From IMG/VR virus record IMGVR_UViG_3300006187_000001: DNA of 64,000 bases. The stretch is one strand, 5' to 3'. Positions 59,877-64,000 of this stretch are shown here, piece after piece (within the stretch, counting starts at the first letter, position 1; each line of letters begins with the position of its first letter). The notes under the pieces were generated by a model, which saw only the letters and a program-made list of their open reading frames with translations, was not told the DNA's origin and ran no database searches. Position numbers and translations under genes: made by a program. The stretch comes from a virus.

Positions 59877-60508
59877 TGGTAGGCGTATATCAGACGATCT
59901 TCGACTCTAAGCGAGGGAACTGCAATGCCGCCTGTTATGCATCGGTTCTCGAAGTGCCCATTGAGTCGATTCCAGATAATCCGAATGGATCATGGGATGA
60001 ACGGGTGCAGCTACTCAAGTCGTGGCTTGCAGAGCGAAATCTCTACTCACTCTGCTTGAGAAGCGTGGAAGGAACCCTGCCTGGCTACTCAATCGCTTCT
60101 ATTAAAAGCCCAAGGTTCCCGGATTCAAATCACGCGGTCGTCTGCCTTGATGGACGTATCGTGTGGGATCCATTTCCAGGTGGACTCGAACACTGCGAGT
60201 TTGACTATTCACGCACGTTTGACCACGAAGTGATTCTTCCCGTTGATCCGTCAATCTGTCTACCCGGCAATTACTCAAACAATCCTCCGACACAAGAAGG
60301 ATGGTTTTGGGAGCGGTGGAACGGGAACGGATCCCACCGAGGAGAATACGGGGAGCCTTATCCCATTCAAGCGAAGCTGTACAGAGGCGAGTTATGCAAC
60401 TGCAAATATTCGCCGCCACATCCGTTCTCGAACATGACGGGCGAGAGGACCCTCGGTGACTTCCAATGGTGGACTGAGCCCATCAAACCACCGCAGGAGG
60501 GTTGCTGA
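59876..60508 (+). CDS. putative papain-fold cysteine peptidase
   Basis: Q..(8)..GNCNAACYASVL (Cys), SNHAVVCLDGRIVWDP (His, Asp) in the C39/papain-like order. Confidence 0.4.
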   Translation: MVGVYQTIFDSKRGNCNAACYASVLEVPIESIPDNPNGSWDERVQLLKSWLAERNLYSLCLRSVEGTLPGYSIASIKSPRFPDSNHAVVCLDGRIVWDPFPGGLEHCEFDYSRTFDHEVILPVDPSICLPGNYSNNPPTQEGWFWERWNGNGSHRGEYGEPYPIQAKLYRGELCNCKYSPPHPFSNMTGERTLGDFQWWTEPIKPPQEGC

Positions 60509-61056
60509 TGGAAACCTTATTTGGACCTGCCGTAATCCGCCGTTCTGCAACCATCAGTGAGTGCAAGACCTATCGTTGGACGCTCAAGCGCGAGTGGGAC
60601 GGAGGAAAGCGAGTCTGCTTCATTGGTCTCAATCCCTCGACGGCTGACTATACGGTCGATGACCCGACGGTCAAACGGTGGATGCATTTCGCCGAGGCTT
60701 GGGGCTACGGCGGTTTCGTAGCGGTCAACCTTTACCCCTTCCGATCATCCTCGCCCGCCGATTGCCGGGAGTGGTCTAACTACGAAAACAACGGACCCGA
60801 TTGGTACGCCCGTGACGCGATGGCTCAAAACCTTGAGGTCGTAGCTAGAGAAGCTGAAGGGGCGGACCTGGTGGTCGCGTGCTGGGGCGCCGGAGTGTGG
60901 GATGTCGCGTGGTTGGAGATTGTCCTCGAAAAGATAGACCGCGACATCTACTGCTTCGGAAAGACCAAGTACGGCGATCCAATTCACCCGATGGCCAGAG
61001 GCGATCATAGGGTGCCGGACTCGGCACAGCCACAGATTTGGAGTTGGGCACGATGA
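60508..61056 (+). CDS. DUF1643 family protein
   Basis: YRWTLKREW....VCFIGLNPSTADYTVDDPTVKRWMHFAEAWGYGGFVAVNLYPFRSSSP...ACWG...GDPIHPM matches the family. ATG at 60508 preceded by GGAGGG. Confidence 0.8.
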   Translation: METLFGPAVIRRSATISECKTYRWTLKREWDGGKRVCFIGLNPSTADYTVDDPTVKRWMHFAEAWGYGGFVAVNLYPFRSSSPADCREWSNYENNGPDWYARDAMAQNLEVVAREAEGADLVVACWGAGVWDVAWLEIVLEKIDRDIYCFGKTKYGDPIHPMARGDHRVPDSAQPQIWSWAR

Positions 61057-61060
61057 GAAA

Positions 61061-61210
61061 CTACTTCTTTTGCCGCTTCTTCCAGTCGAGGTACACCCAT
61101 CGAAGGAACTGGGACAGGCTCATGCCGTTCTCCTCGGCGTCCTTTTCGAGCTGCTCTTTAAATTCCGGATCAAGGCGAAACTCGACTCGCCCTTCCTTCT
61201 TAGGCCTCAC
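61061..61210 (-). CDS. ribbon-helix-helix protein (49 aa, not in the ORF track)
   Basis: My translation: VRPKKEGRVEFRLDPEFKEQLEKDAEENGMSLSQFLRWVYLDWKKRQKK*. It has a strand-helix-helix layout; the GTG start overlaps the upstream stop. Confidence 0.5.
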   Translation of the reverse strand: MRPKKEGRVEFRLDPEFKEQLEKDAEENGMSLSQFLRWVYLDWKKRQKK

Positions 61211-61403
61211 TGAGGACCGCCTGTACCGCGTGAGGGTTAAGTTTGACGTCCCAATTGATCAGAGCCTCTTCTTGGATGTCCGCGACCATCTGGCGCCGCT
61301 CTTCATCGCTGGAGGTTCGAAACAGATCCTTGACGGGCATGACATCGCCACCGGCGAAGAAGTCTCGGACGTCGACGATTTGGGATGCGGTTGGTTCTTT
61401 CAT
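61200..61403 (-). CDS. hypothetical acidic protein, upstream partner of the RHH gene
   Basis: 67-aa ORF on the opposite strand to the surrounding operon. Confidence 0.45.
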   Translation of the reverse strand: MKEPTASQIVDVRDFFAGGDVMPVKDLFRTSSDEERRQMVADIQEEALINWDVKLNPHAVQAVLSEA

Positions 61404-61451
61404 TGTACGTACATTGTACGGAATCTTTTAACTAAAAGCAAGGGCTTTTTT

Positions 61452-61634
61452 ATGACAAAGAGGCAATTCAACTCTCTGAGCGTTGGCGACTACATTCGAA
61501 CATTTGAATCGCTAGATCTTTCCAGGCAACCGAGGACGATCGTCGAGGTTTGTCACGATGACATTGACCCAATATTCGTCCTCGAAGACGGATGGATTGC
61601 CCAAGATCCTGAGCTGTGGGAAGTTGTACGATGA
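61452..61634 (+). CDS. hypothetical small protein
   Basis: ATG at 61452 (MTKRQF); its stop overlaps the SNF2 helicase ATG. Confidence 0.45.
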   Translation: MTKRQFNSLSVGDYIRTFESLDLSRQPRTIVEVCHDDIDPIFVLEDGWIAQDPELWEVVR

Positions 61635-63745
61635 GCACCCAACCTCAACTCATTGGCCTCATTGATCGCCCTCGGCCAGAGGTCACCTTCGGTGTTGTCC
61701 AGACTCATGAAGACGGATGGCTGATCGACGCGCAACCATTCGTGATGACAAGAGTCCGTAACCTCTTTAGGAACGGGCGATCTGCTTGGAATTGCGGGAA
61801 GTTCACGCATAACCCGGTCATCCTTCCGAAGACCCCTGACTCGGGCAAGGATTTGCTTTGGCTTCTCGACCGCCACCCGCTCGACGTTGGCGACGACGTT
61901 TGGCATGACCTGACCAGGTATTCGGAGCGGTACGATCGCGCCTTGGCCGCTGCGGCGGTCGGTGACTCGAACCATTCGTTCGATCTCAGCCACGGCGCTT
62001 TGCAGATGGCAAAGCCACCTTACTGGTACCAAGCCGGGTACGTGAACCTGGTCAAGACAGTTCGGAGGATTCTCAACGCCGACTGGATCGGAGGTGGAAA
62101 GAGCGTCAGCCTAATCGCGACCCTTTGTGAGCCTGATGCGAGGCCTGCCCTCATTGTTTGCCAACCTCACCTTACGCTACAGTTCCGTGAGTTCTTAAAC
62201 GAGTTTCTTCCGGATGCCACCGTGCAGGTCCTGAAGACTGGCATGAAGAAAGAGATCAAGCCTGTCGATGTAGTGATCGTCGGTTACACAGGCTTGAGAC
62301 CTTGGCAGGACGTTCTGGTCCCGTATCCTTTCCGCTCGATTTGCTTCGATGAGATACAAGATCTCCGGCATCTCGACACGGAAAAGCGCAGGGTCTCGAT
62401 AGCGCTCAGCGAAAGGGCTGACTTTGTGACCGGCTACTCAGCCACACCAATCTACAACTACGGAAGCGAGATCTGGTCAATCCTCGACGTTCTCTCGCCT
62501 GGCTGCCTCGGCGCCCAGGGCGATTTCAAACGGGAGTGGTGTACGGGCGATCGGGTCAACAGTCCGGCGGCGCTGAACAGCTACCTGAAGTCACGCGGCC
62601 TGATGATCCGTCGAACGGCCAAGGACGTGAAAGGATCTGAAACCAAGCCGCAGAAGCAGACCATCACGCTTGAAGGCGACATGCACACCTTGCGGCAAGT
62701 GCAAGACGTGGCCAAGGCTCTCGCGATGTCGGTTCTATCGAACCGTGTCGGAGAGTCGGAGAAGTCCGCCCGTGAGCTGGACTGGAAACTCCGGCATGCG
62801 ACGGGCGTCGCGAAAGCGAAGCCAGCGGCCGAGTTCGTCAAGATGCTCTGCGAATCGGGCGAGAAGGTCCTTCTGTTCGGGTGGCACAGAGAGGTCTACG
62901 ACATCTGGAAGTATCACCTCAAGAACTTCAACCCAGTTCTATGCACGGGATCCGAGACACCTGCGCAAAAGCAAGCGGCCAAAGACAAGTTCCTGAAGGA
63001 TGGATCGTGCCAAGTCTTCATTTGCTCCCTTCGCTCAGGTGCAGGGATTGACGGCCTTCAGGATGTCTGTCACCTGGCGGTCTTCGGAGAACTCGACTGG
63101 TCTCCCCAGGTGCTAGATCAGTGCATCGGACGGTTACGGCCAGAACTGAACAAAGAAGAGATTCTCGCCTACTTCCTCACGATCGACGATGGAGCCGATC
63201 CGTTCATGATCGAACGACTGGGTGATAAGCGTTCCCAAAGCGACGGGATCATTGACGGCAAGGACTCTGAAGGCGAGATCCTAGAAGATGGCCCGCCGGC
63301 AGATCGAATTCGGCAAATGGCCGAGGCCTATCTCATGCTGATCGGTGAAGAGATCCCGGTCGCCGAGCCACAGTCGGGGCTTCACGCAGAGGTCGCGTCA
63401 GCTCTTCGAAAGATCAAACTTCCCTCGAGCTCTGAACGCGAAATGCAGGAAGCGATCTGGGCCGCGCTACCGGGGCTAGTCCCCGATGCCCTTGTCGAAA
63501 GGGAGTATCGAATCGGAGAGCGTGGCCGACTCGATTTCTTGGTCACTAGCGGGAGCGATTCGATCGCCGTTGAATGCAAGATCGATCAAACCGGCCGAGG
63601 GTCGGTTTACCGACAAGTCCGCCGGTACATCGAAGAGGCAGACGTCTCCGGCGTCGTGATCCTCGCTCCCTGGAGTGGCGTTTCTAATTTCGTCGTGGAG
63701 GATGTCCCGGTCACTGTCGTCGACTGGGCTAAGGCGAAGATCTAA
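61631..63745 (+). CDS. SNF2-family helicase with C-terminal PD-(D/E)xK nuclease-like domain
   Basis: DWIGGGKSV (Walker A), ICFDEIQDL (DExx), SATP, and a C-terminal helicase lobe (GSETPAQKQAAKDKF..., GAGIDGLQ, QCIGRLRP). The tail has RLDFLV...IAVECK. Confidence 0.8.
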   Translation: MSTQPQLIGLIDRPRPEVTFGVVQTHEDGWLIDAQPFVMTRVRNLFRNGRSAWNCGKFTHNPVILPKTPDSGKDLLWLLDRHPLDVGDDVWHDLTRYSERYDRALAAAAVGDSNHSFDLSHGALQMAKPPYWYQAGYVNLVKTVRRILNADWIGGGKSVSLIATLCEPDARPALIVCQPHLTLQFREFLNEFLPDATVQVLKTGMKKEIKPVDVVIVGYTGLRPWQDVLVPYPFRSICFDEIQDLRHLDTEKRRVSIALSERADFVTGYSATPIYNYGSEIWSILDVLSPGCLGAQGDFKREWCTGDRVNSPAALNSYLKSRGLMIRRTAKDVKGSETKPQKQTITLEGDMHTLRQVQDVAKALAMSVLSNRVGESEKSARELDWKLRHATGVAKAKPAAEFVKMLCESGEKVLLFGWHREVYDIWKYHLKNFNPVLCTGSETPAQKQAAKDKFLKDGSCQVFICSLRSGAGIDGLQDVCHLAVFGELDWSPQVLDQCIGRLRPELNKEEILAYFLTIDDGADPFMIERLGDKRSQSDGIIDGKDSEGEILEDGPPADRIRQMAEAYLMLIGEEIPVAEPQSGLHAEVASALRKIKLPSSSEREMQEAIWAALPGLVPDALVEREYRIGERGRLDFLVTSGSDSIAVECKIDQTGRGSVYRQVRRYIEEADVSGVVILAPWSGVSNFVVEDVPVTVVDWAKAKI

Positions 63746-64000
63746 TGGCAAGCGTCGCTTACTCTGTGCCCCGGGATGTTCCTCTCCGCCTTTCGCGGAT
63801 CGAGGACATGACCGGCTGGCCGGAGTCGACGCTTCGAGATGAAATTTTGAAAGGGCGCCTTCGAGGAGACAAGGTGCATGGAAGATGGTGTTGTACGCTA
63901 GATGATTACGATGAGTGGGTCCGGGCAGAAAAAGAGCAGGGCAAAGGGAGAGGGGACGTACGAGAAGCTTCCAAGCGGGAAGTATCGATACATCGTAAAG
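63745..64000 (+). CDS. excisionase-like HTH protein (open at window end)
   Basis: My translation: MASVAYSVPRDVPLRLSRIEDMTGWPESTLRDEILKGRLRGDKVHGRW... TAATG overlap with the helicase stop; no stop before 64000. Confidence 0.5.
   Translation, partial: MASVAYSVPRDVPLRLSRIEDMTGWPESTLRDEILKGRLRGDKVHGRWCCTLDDYDEWVRAEKEQGKGRGDVREASKREVSIHRK
63911..64000 (+). CDS. probable integrase N-terminus (runs off the window)
   Basis: An alternative frame from ATG 63911 reads MSGSGQKKSRAKGEGTYEKLPSGKYRYIVK, resembling the G-x-G-[ST]-[IY]-x-K...G-x-[WY]-R N-termini of phage tyrosine integrases. Confidence 0.35.
   Translation, partial: MSGSGQKKSRAKGEGTYEKLPSGKYRYIVK

Noticed and set aside
61038-61634. 198-aa plus-strand ORF spanning 61038-61634
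   Set aside because: Its first two-thirds are antisense to the two minus-strand genes, including a clean RHH fold. Only the last 60 codons (from ATG 61452) look like a real gene.

Overview
The window is mostly a temperate, siphovirus-like prophage or phage genome of moderately high GC. All domain calls come from motifs read by eye in the ORF translations; no search was run.

Left edge and accessory arm (1-10163): the 3' end of a class II tRNA (1-58) is followed by a roughly 10-kb accessory arm. It carries a SEC-C motif protein, an excisionase-type HTH, DUF2958, small acidic ORFs and an SRAP/YedK-type peptidase. It also carries a SMODS-like nucleotidyltransferase plus SLATT-like 2-TM pair, a secreted clan GH-A-like glycosidase, a DNA-methylase remnant, a PadR regulator and a zinc-ribbon membrane protein.

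Minus-strand block (50919 down to 10167): nearly all genes read in one early-to-late direction.
- Early and replication: cro-like HTH, Fur-family protein, RusA, DnaB, and an iteron-containing initiator.
- Late switch and lysis: an HTH regulator followed by an intrinsic terminator, then a GH25 endolysin, a second wall enzyme and a holin.
- Accessory: a small OMP-type barrel and a metallopeptidase.
- Packaging and head: TerS with palindromes, TerL, portal, and a protease-scaffold-capsid fusion.
- Connector and tail: connector genes, tail tube, G/GT frameshift chaperone, and tape measure.
- An island of about 5.2 kb then interrupts the operon. It holds a HEPN pair, an RHH repressor with a 16-bp inverted-repeat operator, two BRO-N antirepressors and a DinD/KilAC gene.
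- Large tail, baseplate and fibre genes follow the island.

Immunity and plus-strand operon: a CI-type HTH-S24 repressor (51004-51663) is flanked by five TTGCGCAA-type palindromes. It separates the minus-strand block from a plus-strand operon (51759-63745) with Gp157, Gp37/Gp68, an SF2 helicase-methyltransferase fusion, MazG-like, DUF1643 and an SNF2 helicase with a nuclease tail. An excisionase-like ORF and a probable integrase start run off the right edge.

ATGA and TGATG start/stop overlaps are pervasive. I saw no rRNA, CRISPR array, transposase or reverse transcriptase.

The most interesting points are the P22 immI-like second immunity module inside the tail operon, the covarying structured leaders upstream of its BRO genes, the SMODS/SLATT pair, and the HEPN pair.
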